From IMG/VR virus record IMGVR_UViG_3300042453_003401, positions 1 through 52,621 of that record: a stretch of DNA of 52,621 bases; one strand, written 5' to 3'. Every line of letters starts with the position of its first letter. Positions within the stretch are counted from its first letter, which is position 1. The notes under the pieces are model-generated. The model was given only the letters and a program-made list of their open reading frames with translations. It did not search any database and was not told the DNA's origin. This document shows positions 19,939 to 28,971 of this stretch, piece after piece. Source of the DNA: a virus (Duplodnaviria > Caudoviricetes). The translations under genes were made by a program, and so were the position numbers.

Positions 19939-22557
19939 ATGGCGGACCAAACAATCTCCCAGCTAAATCAGCTTACTGGGGCTGCGTTGGCTGCCAATGA
20001 TCAACTTCCTATTGTTGACATTAGTGCCAGTGAAACCAAGCGCATCAATGCATCTGACTTAATTCAAAACGGCATTGCGCTTACGGCAAGTGGCAATATT
20101 GACTTAAGCAAGCTCAACCAGGCTAGTACTGTCAAGCTTGGCGCTGCTGCCATTGGCACTGGTGCAATTACGGCCATTAAGCTGGCCGACGATAGTTCTA
20201 TCGCAGAGCAAAGCACTGCTCCCACCGCTGACAATTTTGCTGGACGCGGCTGGTATCGCACAACTGATAGCAATTTTCAAGTTTATTCGGCGGGTGATTA
20301 TCGACAAATTGTAATGCCCACTGCTGGCATTGCAGACAACGCAGTTACCACTATAAAGATAGCTGACGCCGCCATTACAACTGCCAAGATCAGCGCAGGA
20401 GGGCTAGGCACTGCTGCTATGGCTGATGGCAGCATTACGACAGTCAAGATCGCGGACAGCACTGTCACTTCAGCAAAGATTGCTGACGGCACCATCGTTA
20501 ATGGTGATATTGCTGCCTCCACTATTGAAGGATCAAGACTGGCGAATGGAGCCGTAGGCACGCTCGCACTCGCAAACTCAGGCATTACTAGTGCAAAATT
20601 TGCAGCGGGATCGGTTGACAATGCAGCCCTGGCAGATTTAGCAGTTACCAATGCAAAGATTGCCGATACCACGATTGTCTATGCCAAGCTCAACCTGGCC
20701 GATGGGAGCGTGCCAGGGGCAAAAATTGCTGACAGTTCTATCACTTCTGCCAAAATTGTTGACGGCACTATTGCCACGGCAGACTTGGCGGATTCCTCCG
20801 TTACAAGCGCAAAAATAGCTACTAGTGGCGTTACGGCAGGCAAGATTGACGCAGACGCAGTTACAACTAATACCATTGCTTCTGCGGCTGTAACTGCTGC
20901 CAAGCTGGCGAGCGAATCAGTCGGCACTGCTGCCTTGGCAACCTCTGGTATTACCAGCGCCAAATTTGCCGCAGGAGCAGTCGATACCACTGCCCTTGGC
21001 GTTTCGGCGGTAACGAACGACAAAATTGCTAATGGCACCATTGCCTACGCCAAGCTTGGTCTGGCTGATGGCAGCGTGCCTGGCGCAAAGATTACCAGTG
21101 CGACTATCAGCGGGCTGCAGATTTCTACAGGGGGAGTTCTTACGGCAAACATAGCCGACTCTGCAGTGACAAATGTCAAAATTGCAGCCAGTGGTATTGA
21201 AGCCGGAAAATTGGCTGCTGATGCCGTGGTCACAGTCAATGTGGCTGACGATGCAATCACTCAAGCCAAGGTCGCTGATGGAGCCATCGGCACTGATCAG
21301 TTGGTTGACAGTGGTGTAACGGCTGTCAAGCTGGCTGACAATTCCTCTTCCATCGTCGCCGCTAACGCGCCTGTGGGGAATGGCGCGTTTGTCGGGCAAA
21401 AATGGTTTGATGACTCTACCAAGTTTGAATACACATGGGACGGAACAGCTTGGGAGCGGCAGGCCGCCATTAGCACTCTCACTTTCACCGATTCCACTCC
21501 CATTGCGTTCTCAGTTGCCTATCCAGATAATTTTTCGGCCACTATCACGACAACGCTTGACACGCAAGTTGCGAATCGCGTGTTCGCCGGACCTTCTACG
21601 GGCGCAGATGCAGCTCCTACTTTCAGAAGCCTTGCTGCTGCCGATCTACCAGTCGCCACCAGTGGCACTGTCGGCGCCGTTAGTCCGGGGGCTGGTCTAA
21701 GCGTAAGCGCTTTGGGAGTGATGAACCATAGCAACGCAGCAGTTGCTGGCACTTATGCAGGTCCTGTAACCATCGACTCGCAAGGACACATTGTTTCTGC
21801 TCAAGCAACGCTACAGGCAAGTGACATTCCAAGTCTTGACGCGAGCAAGATTACGACCGGCACCTTTGGCAGCACCTTCTTGGCGGAGAATAGCGTTACC
21901 GCCCAACAACTTGCAGACTATGGCATTGCGCAAGTTAGTGAAAGTGCCCCCACTCCTGAATTCGCTGGGCAATGGTGGATCAACCCTAATGACCGATCGG
22001 CTTACATTTGGGTGGGAGAAGTTACTCCAGTGCCTAATGGTTATTGGCTGAACCTTGGCTATGGCAGTCCCACGCAAATCAACTTGCGTTTTGGCGGCAC
22101 TTATAACGCTTCAGGGAATGTTGTTGAAAGTATCAACTCCTATGGCATTGAAGCTGGCTTGACCGTCGGCCAGGCACTATCTAGCCCCAACACAAGCAGT
22201 AACGGCATCTATTTGATCGTCACCGCTAGTGGTGTGGGCACCACTCCTGCTCCCAATGAAAATCTTGCTATTGGTAACTGGGTGCTATCGCAGGGCGTGG
22301 GTGCCACTTGGACGAAAATTAACCTCTCTAGTGCCGTGGCTGGCGTGGGTGACCAAGATGTTTTGGTCGATGGCGCTGCGCTCATTCCAGTGGCATCTGG
22401 CGTGGCAAGTCAAGAGGACTTCAACGAGCTTGTCTGGCCAAGGGTGCAAATTGCCACCAGCGGCGCTACGGGCATTGTTAGAGGATCTTCGGAAGTGGTT
22501 GTGGCATCAGGCACCGGCATTATGACCATTGGCATTGCTGACGATGGCACTTACTAA
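19939..22557 (+). CDS. Tail fibre protein with 10-residue (I/V)TxAKIADxx repeats
   Basis: N-terminus MADQTISQLNQL, a long periodic repeat shaft, and C-terminal ADDGTY. Confidence 0.8.
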   Translation: MADQTISQLNQLTGAALAANDQLPIVDISASETKRINASDLIQNGIALTASGNIDLSKLNQASTVKLGAAAIGTGAITAIKLADDSSIAEQSTAPTADNFAGRGWYRTTDSNFQVYSAGDYRQIVMPTAGIADNAVTTIKIADAAITTAKISAGGLGTAAMADGSITTVKIADSTVTSAKIADGTIVNGDIAASTIEGSRLANGAVGTLALANSGITSAKFAAGSVDNAALADLAVTNAKIADTTIVYAKLNLADGSVPGAKIADSSITSAKIVDGTIATADLADSSVTSAKIATSGVTAGKIDADAVTTNTIASAAVTAAKLASESVGTAALATSGITSAKFAAGAVDTTALGVSAVTNDKIANGTIAYAKLGLADGSVPGAKITSATISGLQISTGGVLTANIADSAVTNVKIAASGIEAGKLAADAVVTVNVADDAITQAKVADGAIGTDQLVDSGVTAVKLADNSSSIVAANAPVGNGAFVGQKWFDDSTKFEYTWDGTAWERQAAISTLTFTDSTPIAFSVAYPDNFSATITTTLDTQVANRVFAGPSTGADAAPTFRSLAAADLPVATSGTVGAVSPGAGLSVSALGVMNHSNAAVAGTYAGPVTIDSQGHIVSAQATLQASDIPSLDASKITTGTFGSTFLAENSVTAQQLADYGIAQVSESAPTPEFAGQWWINPNDRSAYIWVGEVTPVPNGYWLNLGYGSPTQINLRFGGTYNASGNVVESINSYGIEAGLTVGQALSSPNTSSNGIYLIVTASGVGTTPAPNENLAIGNWVLSQGVGATWTKINLSSAVAGVGDQDVLVDGAALIPVASGVASQEDFNELVWPRVQIATSGATGIVRGSSEVVVASGTGIMTIGIADDGTY

Positions 22558-22585
22558 GCCATTGACTCGCCATGGGAGAAAGTAA

Positions 22586-22759
22586 ATGCCTCATCGTCCC
22601 GACAAATTTGTTTACGCAGGCAAGGAAGTGCCTCCCTATGGTACGTTTGGACAAGTGCTAGTAAAAACGGCTAATGCTTTTTATTACACAGCATGGGACG
22701 ATATTGATCATATTATCAACGAAAGCGATAGCGTAATTGACGAAGGAGAATACACTTAG
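22586..22759 (+). CDS. Small fibre-associated protein (57 aa; absent from the ORF track)
   Basis: MPHRPDKFVYAGKEVPPYGTFGQVLVKTANAFYYTAWDDIDHIINESDSVIDEGEYT. Shares PxxGTxGQxLVK...YxxAW with the 27770 protein. Confidence 0.65.
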   Translation: MPHRPDKFVYAGKEVPPYGTFGQVLVKTANAFYYTAWDDIDHIINESDSVIDEGEYT

Positions 22760-22812
22760 CTTTAGAATAAAACGAAATTAACCGCCGCCTTTTGGGCTCG
22801 GCATCCATCGCT

Positions 22813-25800
22813 ATGGCTTCCACTCTTAAGCATCTTCGTTCGTCCACTGCTGATAAACGCCCTACTGCGTCGGGCCTGGTAGACGGACAACTTGCTATCA
22901 ATACCGCGTCAGGCACTCCTGCTCTGTTTTTCAAGGACAGCAACGGCGGAGTCGTAAAGGTGGGCCCCGCGCATGTGGGAAGCGCAGCCCCTAACGCGGT
23001 GCCCGCTGGTAGTGCCGGTAATTCACTGGGTGAGTTGTGGGTGGATAATAGCTTGACCACTCCTGGGTTAAATTATTACACTGGCAGCGCCTTCGTTAAC
23101 CTCACGCCTTCAGGCACGACTGCAGCAGTTGGCCTTGTTGAACTTGCCACTCCTGCCGAAACGCAAACTGGCACTGATGGCGTTAGGGCTGTCACTCCTT
23201 CTGGCCTGCAAAGCAAAGTAAGCGATAGTACAAGTACCACTAGTTCCACCACCATCGCCTCTTCTACTGCCGTTAAATCGGCTTACGACTTAGCAAATGC
23301 TGCACTGCCGAAAGCAGGCGGCACCGTTACTGGCGAACTGCTAATTGGCACGACTGGCAGCTTGGTTTTCGAGGGAAGCTCAGACGATAGTTTTGAAACG
23401 ACTATTGCCGTGACAAATCCAACGGCAGACCATACCATCACTTTCCCGAACGTGACGGGCGCAGTCGTTACCACTGGCGACTCTGGCACCGTCACCAGCA
23501 CAATGATTGCTAACGACACCATTGTTAACGCTGATATTAACAGCGCTGCTGCGATTGTCGACACCAAACTTGCCACTATCAGCACTGCAGACAAAGTCAG
23601 CGTTTCTGCTTTGAACATTGATGGAGCCACCGACATTGGTGGTGCGCTAGAGAACGGCGACCTTTTTATCGTTGACGACGGCGCTGGCGGCACAAATAGA
23701 AAAGCGCCTGCCTTTCGCATGGCGCAGCTTACCTATAGCGGTGTCACCGGAGATATTACCATTGCGTCTGGCGGCACGTCTGCTATTGGCGCTGGTGTAA
23801 TTGTTGACGCCGATGTCAACGCTTCGGCTGCCATCGCTGGCACCAAGATCAGCCCCGACTTCGGCAGCCAGACCATTACCACCACTGGCGTAGTTAGTGC
23901 CGCCCTTGGCGCTGCGGCCACACCTAGCATTACCTTCACTGGCGACCTGAATACCGGCATCTACAGCCCCGGCGCCGACCAAGTAGCCATCTCAACTAAT
24001 GGGTCGGGGTGGTTGTTTGTTAATGCGAGTGGTGTTGTAGGGATTAACGGAATAAGTACGAGCTCCGCAAGTAATAAGTTACAAGTGCTGACGGGCGGCA
24101 CCGCTTCTGACGGCCTTGGTATTTACGGGACATTTACTTCGCAAGGAGCCGAGCAAGGCGCGATAAATTTTTACGGGGCTACAAACGCAGGAGGTCCTTT
24201 AGCTTCAATTGTAAATGTTGACAATAGGGCAACATCAGGTTCTAGCAGAACAGGCAGTTTGGTTTTCAAAACCGCCGCTGGAGGTGCAAACGATGAACGC
24301 GCCCGCATCACAGCCGAAGGCCGCTTAGGTCTGGGGACTAGTAGCCCTGTTGCTGGTCTTCAAATCGGTGCGTATGGCACGCAGTTGCGGGCTGGTTCTA
24401 ATACTTACATGGTTCCAAGCGGAAACTCTTTCTGCGCTTTCAACGTAGTAGCGGGTCAAGATAACTGGATTGGCAGCAATGCTGGTGGATACAATCAGAC
24501 TTCAGGGTCTTTTAATATCTTATTAGCTGCCGGGCATCGAGACACAAATGAACCGGCCGGCTCATTTATTGGTAGCACAAGAACCGCAGCAGCGACTCAC
24601 GAAACAATCCAGATCGGCCACATGATTGGTGGTGCGACAACGGGGGCAAATTCAACAAAGGTGCCAAGGCTTACGATTGACTCGTCAGGCAACGTAGGGA
24701 TTGGCACTACTGCGCCCCAAGATTCCCTCAGCGTCTACCCAGGCGCTACAGGAGGCATTAGCCTCCTTGATTCTGTCAATAGCGTACGGTCTCGATTCTT
24801 TATTGATAACAATAGTGGCGTTTTTTCAACTGGCATTCGTACTGCTAATTACTGGATTGATTTAGACTCTAGTGGATTAAGCCAGAGTGGAATTCGCTTC
24901 TTTACCGGAACTGGTGGTATTGGCACAGGCACCGAACGCGCTCGCATCGACAGCTCCGGCAGGCTCTTAGTTGGCACGTCTACTAGCTCAACAATTGCCA
25001 GCGCTGACTTTCGCCTGCAAATTGAAGGAACGACTTATAGTAATTCAGGCGCTAGTTTTTGCACAAATAGTACGACTGCATTTCAAGCGCCTTATCTTGC
25101 TTTGGCGCGATCTCGCGGAACAACCGCAGGCAGTAACACCATTGTTCAAAGCGGCGATGCACTGGGGTACGTTGTTTTTTGTGGAGCCGATGGAAACGAC
25201 AAAGCTAGCGAGGCTGCTCGGATTGATTGCCTTGTAGACGGCACCCCCGGCGCTAACGACATGCCGGGCAGGTTAGTGTTCTCCACTACCGCCGACGGAG
25301 AGAGCGGCCCGACGGAGCGGCTGAGGATTACGAGCGCTGGATCTTTTATCTTTAACGACAATGGTATTAGCAATAATACTATAAACGGCGTCTATATTAA
25401 CAACTCGACAAGCACAGGCACTACAGCTCAGCTTATTTGTGTAAATACAGAAGCATCCGACGCAAACCCTCCTTTGTTACTTAATAGGCAAGGAAGTGAT
25501 GGCAGACTGGTTCAATTACGTCAAGCCAATACAACCGAGGGCACGATTTCGGTTTCCGGCACCACTGTCACCTACGGAGGCGGCCACCTGGCCCGCTGGT
25601 CTCAACTGCCAAATGACGAAGACCCATCAAACATATTCAAGGGAACCATCATGTCCAACTTGGACGAGATGTGCGAGTGGGGCGAAGAGGCTAACGAACA
25701 GCTCAACAAAACCAAGGTAAGCGACATTGAAGGCGACCCCAACGTGGCGGGCGTGTTTGTCTCCACTTCATTTGACAAAGATGGTCCACTGGACTTCTTT

Positions 25801-26013
25801 GTCGCAATGACAGGCGACATGATCATCCGCATTGCCGAAGGTGTAACGGTGCAGCGTGGCGACCTTCTGATGTCCGCTGGCGATGGCACCGCCAAACCTC
25901 AGGACGATGACATCATCCGCAGCAAGACCGTCGCCAAGGTAACTTCAACCCACGTCACCTGCACCTACGACGATGGCAGCTACTGCGTGCCCTGCGTGCT
26001 GATGGCTTGCTAG
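22813..26013 (+). CDS. Long modular tail fibre / receptor-binding protein
   Basis: N-terminal LRSSTADKRP...GQLAINT anchor, repeated ERARI(D/T)SSG-x-(V/L)G(I/L)GT modules, and a C-terminal chaperone-like domain (VQRGDLLMSAGDGTAKPQ...YCVPCVL). Confidence 0.85.
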   Translation: MASTLKHLRSSTADKRPTASGLVDGQLAINTASGTPALFFKDSNGGVVKVGPAHVGSAAPNAVPAGSAGNSLGELWVDNSLTTPGLNYYTGSAFVNLTPSGTTAAVGLVELATPAETQTGTDGVRAVTPSGLQSKVSDSTSTTSSTTIASSTAVKSAYDLANAALPKAGGTVTGELLIGTTGSLVFEGSSDDSFETTIAVTNPTADHTITFPNVTGAVVTTGDSGTVTSTMIANDTIVNADINSAAAIVDTKLATISTADKVSVSALNIDGATDIGGALENGDLFIVDDGAGGTNRKAPAFRMAQLTYSGVTGDITIASGGTSAIGAGVIVDADVNASAAIAGTKISPDFGSQTITTTGVVSAALGAAATPSITFTGDLNTGIYSPGADQVAISTNGSGWLFVNASGVVGINGISTSSASNKLQVLTGGTASDGLGIYGTFTSQGAEQGAINFYGATNAGGPLASIVNVDNRATSGSSRTGSLVFKTAAGGANDERARITAEGRLGLGTSSPVAGLQIGAYGTQLRAGSNTYMVPSGNSFCAFNVVAGQDNWIGSNAGGYNQTSGSFNILLAAGHRDTNEPAGSFIGSTRTAAATHETIQIGHMIGGATTGANSTKVPRLTIDSSGNVGIGTTAPQDSLSVYPGATGGISLLDSVNSVRSRFFIDNNSGVFSTGIRTANYWIDLDSSGLSQSGIRFFTGTGGIGTGTERARIDSSGRLLVGTSTSSTIASADFRLQIEGTTYSNSGASFCTNSTTAFQAPYLALARSRGTTAGSNTIVQSGDALGYVVFCGADGNDKASEAARIDCLVDGTPGANDMPGRLVFSTTADGESGPTERLRITSAGSFIFNDNGISNNTINGVYINNSTSTGTTAQLICVNTEASDANPPLLLNRQGSDGRLVQLRQANTTEGTISVSGTTVTYGGGHLARWSQLPNDEDPSNIFKGTIMSNLDEMCEWGEEANEQLNKTKVSDIEGDPNVAGVFVSTSFDKDGPLDFFVAMTGDMIIRIAEGVTVQRGDLLMSAGDGTAKPQDDDIIRSKTVAKVTSTHVTCTYDDGSYCVPCVLMAC

Positions 26014-26084
26014 ACCCAGTAACCCTACTCGCTAACGGCCCTGGCTCAACTATCTGGAATCTCCGGATGGTTGGGCTTGGCATT

Positions 26085-26113
26085 AAAAAGGGGCAGGATG
26101 TCACCCCTGCCCC
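26085..26113 (-). terminator. Terminator-like hairpin on the minus strand
   Basis: GGGGCAGG/CCTGCCCC stem with a 5-nt U-tract on the minus strand. Confidence 0.55.
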
Positions 26114-26231
26114 CATGCAACGGGATATCACCTCCGTTGCGGTGCCTTGTCAGCCGCAGCACTGTAACACCTTATAGTGGTGGGGCAGCGAGTTTGCGGC
26201 TCCTGCCCCTGGCCACAGTTCCCTAGAAACC

Positions 26232-26486
26232 ATGACAGAAAAACTTTACCCGACTGACTTTCGAGCGCTGTGCGCTGAACTGGTGGATGTTTTCGATAAT
26301 CCTTCACCCCCTCAGTACAAGGCTGATGTGCTGAATCGCGCCCGCGCCGCCCTGGCTCAGCCCGAGCCGCAGGAGCCGACGGATGAAGAGCTGTGGGAGC
26401 TTTACGACGAAATGGGAGGAGACCCAGAGGATTCCGCATGGTGCAGAAATTACGCCCGCGCCGTCCTCGCTCGCTGGGGCTCGTAG
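26232..26486 (+). CDS. Small cassette protein, TDFRALC...PTDEEL...ARAVLARWG family
   Basis: Paralogous to 42406-42672 and to the C-terminal part of 43185-43679. Confidence 0.75.
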   Translation: MTEKLYPTDFRALCAELVDVFDNPSPPQYKADVLNRARAALAQPEPQEPTDEELWELYDEMGGDPEDSAWCRNYARAVLARWGS

Positions 26487-26505
26487 TCATTCCCACTAAC
26501 CACTT

Positions 26506-26745
26506 ATGACTCAACTATCCCCACAAGCGCAGGCAGTGTTGGATGCTGTCTGCGAAAACACTGAGCCTGACTGCGACACGCAGCACTTAATCGCCGCCGC
26601 CCTTCGTGCTGCAGCGGATCTGGTAGTGCCGACAGAAATGGATCTGCCGCCCATTGCGCCTGACCTTGGGCACTTTCGACAGCACGAGCGACGGCTAACC
26701 CGCCAACGTCTTCTCGCCATCGCTGAAGAGCTTGAAGCCCAGTAG
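26506..26745 (+). CDS. Small cassette protein, LSPxAQAVL...LRAA...LAIAxELE family
   Basis: Paralogous to 41986-42180. Confidence 0.75.
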   Translation: MTQLSPQAQAVLDAVCENTEPDCDTQHLIAAALRAAADLVVPTEMDLPPIAPDLGHFRQHERRLTRQRLLAIAEELEAQ

Positions 26746-26881
26746 TCACCTTCTCTAGTGTTTTTGAGCAACGCAGGTCTGGCAGACGCATTTTTTGCTA
26801 ACCAGACTTGTTTTTTGCGCAAGGCCACTAGTCTTTGACTCTTTTATCCCCTAAGCTGACTAAGACTGTTTTTTTCACGTC

Positions 26882-27193
26882 ATGACTGATTTTTCTTGGA
26901 ACATTGCCACGATGGAGCGCACGCTCTCTGATGGCATTGTGTACACTCTTCACTACACCATTGAAGCCTTTGATGGCACCTACCGTTCATCGGCCTATGG
27001 GAGTATTGGTCTTGAGGCCCCCGAGGAGGATTCGGTTGTTCCCTATGCCGATTTGACAAAAGAAACTGTCGTGGGCTGGCTGCTCGACAAGCTTGGCGAC
27101 GAAAAGGTGGCAGAAGTTGAGGCCGCCCTTCAGGCGCAAATTGACGAGCAAAAAACGCCCACAAAGGGCACTGGCACGCCTTGGGCTAGCTAA
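26882..27193 (+). CDS. Fibre-associated protein (putative fibre assembly chaperone)
   Basis: WNIATMER...VPYADLTKETVVGW...TGTPW pattern, typical of genes downstream of fibre genes. Confidence 0.65.
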   Translation: MTDFSWNIATMERTLSDGIVYTLHYTIEAFDGTYRSSAYGSIGLEAPEEDSVVPYADLTKETVVGWLLDKLGDEKVAEVEAALQAQIDEQKTPTKGTGTPWAS

Positions 27194-27354
27194 GCTTTTC
27201 CTTTCGCACTGTCCCTCGTGGCTGTTAAAAGCAAAGTCGGAGCATCCAGCAGTAAGCGCATCATCGTTTCTCGCCCCAAAACCACGCGACAAGGGCAGGG
27301 AAAAAATAGCAAGCCAAGCCACGGACGAAAACTGTCTCGCGGGCAGGGTTGATC

Positions 27355-27378
27355 AAGGGGGGTTTCGGCCCCCTTTTT
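27355..27378 (+). terminator. Intrinsic terminator
   Basis: GGGGG(G)T-ttcg-GCCCCC followed by a T-tract. Confidence 0.7.
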
Positions 27379-27425
27379 AATACATTGCAGCAAGGCTATA
27401 ATGAAACAAACTGTGACGATGGGCG

Positions 27426-27767
27426 ATGATCTATCCCGCCACTTATGACATAGTGGTGCTGCAAAACGCCACTTATCGCATGCAGCTAACTGTCACGCAA
27501 AGTGGTGGCACCCCGATTAATCTTTCTGGATATACCATTGATAGTGATATTTGCGGAAACATTGATGGTTCAATTATTGCCAGCTTCACTCCTACTATTC
27601 TGAATGCAGCTAGTGGCGTGTTTGAGCTTGAATTGGCACCCGCGACAACAAGTGGCATTGAGACTGGTTTGTACAAATATGATGTGAGCGCAACTGCTGG
27701 CAGTGGCGATCGTTACTATTGGCTCAAGGGAGCCTGCACCGTTTCCGGCACTTGTTCTAGGAACTGA
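27426..27767 (+). CDS. Small beta-sandwich virion protein (baseplate/fibre-associated, BppU-like)
   Basis: YDIVVLQNATY...PINLSGYT...LELAPATT...YKYDV...YWLKG pattern. Confidence 0.6.
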   Translation: MIYPATYDIVVLQNATYRMQLTVTQSGGTPINLSGYTIDSDICGNIDGSIIASFTPTILNAASGVFELELAPATTSGIETGLYKYDVSATAGSGDRYYWLKGACTVSGTCSRN

Positions 27768-27769
27768 TC

Positions 27770-28672
27770 ATGAGCGACATCAACATTACTATTGTTAGCG
27801 GCGAAACCACGGAGCTGGAGCTTTCTATTCCTGGCGTGCAGGGACCAATTGGTGGCGATACGATGCCATCTGGAGGCACTGCTGGCCAAATCCTTGTTAA
27901 GCAAAGCGTTGTTGATTATGACGCCGCTTGGACTTCCCAGGCTTCCGGCTTAATTCTTAATGCCACCACTCTTTCTGGCGTTACTGTTCAGGGAACAATC
28001 TCTGGCGGCACTTACACATCGTCAACTATTAACAGTGCAGCAATTAACACGCCGGCAATTGTTAGCGGCACAATTGATTACACGGCCATTTCTGATGCAG
28101 TAATTGACCAATGCACGATTGACAATTCGACCTTTGAAGATGGCACAATCTTTAATATTACGCTTTCTGGCACTATTAGCAACGTTGCCACGGTAACAAG
28201 CGGCACTTACGACCTCGCTGTTGTTACATCGCCCACGTTGACTGCCGGTACTATTTCAGGCACCACGATCAATGCATCGACCATTCAAGGCGGCATTGTT
28301 TCTGGAGCCACCCTTCATGCCAGCGGAGCGACTATTGAAGGCTCCACGATCACGGGAGGCACTGTTTCAGGCATTACGCTTTATGCCAGCGGGGCCACGC
28401 TAGATGCCGCGACCATCAATGAAGGCACTAGTTCTGGTACCACTTTTTCCGCTTCCATTGTTCTTTCTCCCACTGTCTCCGGCACTGTTTCCGCTGGCTC
28501 TGGCCTAGTAATCGGCGATGCCTTGGATGTTTTGGGGTTCTACGGGGCCAGCGCAGTGGTGCAGCCTTCTGGCATTGTCATTCCAAGTGGTGGGTCCACT
28601 GTTGACGAAGTGCTTGTGGCGCTGAGCGGCGTGATCGTTGCGCTTACTGACTTGGGGCTCATTGGGCCTTGA
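27770..28672 (+). CDS. Fibre-like protein with S/T/G/I-rich short repeats
   Basis: GVQGPIG, PSGGTAGQILVKQSVVDYDAAW, a low-complexity shaft, and C-terminal LGFYGASAVVQP...ALTDLGLI. Confidence 0.65.
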   Translation: MSDINITIVSGETTELELSIPGVQGPIGGDTMPSGGTAGQILVKQSVVDYDAAWTSQASGLILNATTLSGVTVQGTISGGTYTSSTINSAAINTPAIVSGTIDYTAISDAVIDQCTIDNSTFEDGTIFNITLSGTISNVATVTSGTYDLAVVTSPTLTAGTISGTTINASTIQGGIVSGATLHASGATIEGSTITGGTVSGITLYASGATLDAATINEGTSSGTTFSASIVLSPTVSGTVSAGSGLVIGDALDVLGFYGASAVVQPSGIVIPSGGSTVDEVLVALSGVIVALTDLGLIGP

Positions 28673-28720
28673 CGAAAGGGTTACTGGCCACTAGGCTTTG
28701 CTTGGTGCCTCTACTTTTCC

Positions 28721-28969
28721 ATGGCCTTCGTCAACTCAATTTCCTTTTCCCATCGTTTTTCTGACGATGGCGTGATGCACGACACTTGCTCGTACCAAGA
28801 AATCAATCACACTTACAGCGCCGACACCGCCACTGCACTGGCTAGAGCATACTTTCAGTTTATGGTGGCATGCGGCTATGCCCCGCAAAGTGTTATTGAA
28901 GGCATGTTGTGCATTGGCACTGAATACGAACAGGCTTATTGTTACGATGGAGAGAAAGCTAAGGATTAG
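28721..28969 (+). CDS. Hypothetical protein
   Basis: ORF with the pyrimidine-rich leader typical of this genome. Confidence 0.55.
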   Translation: MAFVNSISFSHRFSDDGVMHDTCSYQEINHTYSADTATALARAYFQFMVACGYAPQSVIEGMLCIGTEYEQAYCYDGEKAKD

Positions 28970-28971
28970 TC

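Larger units (their letters stand above)
23984..26757. repeat. Cluster of 15-bp TAG-N9-CTA inverted motifs
   Basis: Perfect copies start at 23984, 24326, 24695, 24968, 25274, 26484 and 26743. A TAA variant starts at 26020. Confidence 0.8.

Noticed and set aside
22813-26013. Diversity-generating retroelement or invertase shufflon acting on the fibre
   Set aside because: No reverse transcriptase, template/variable repeat pair, invertase or inverted silent fibre ends were seen in the window.
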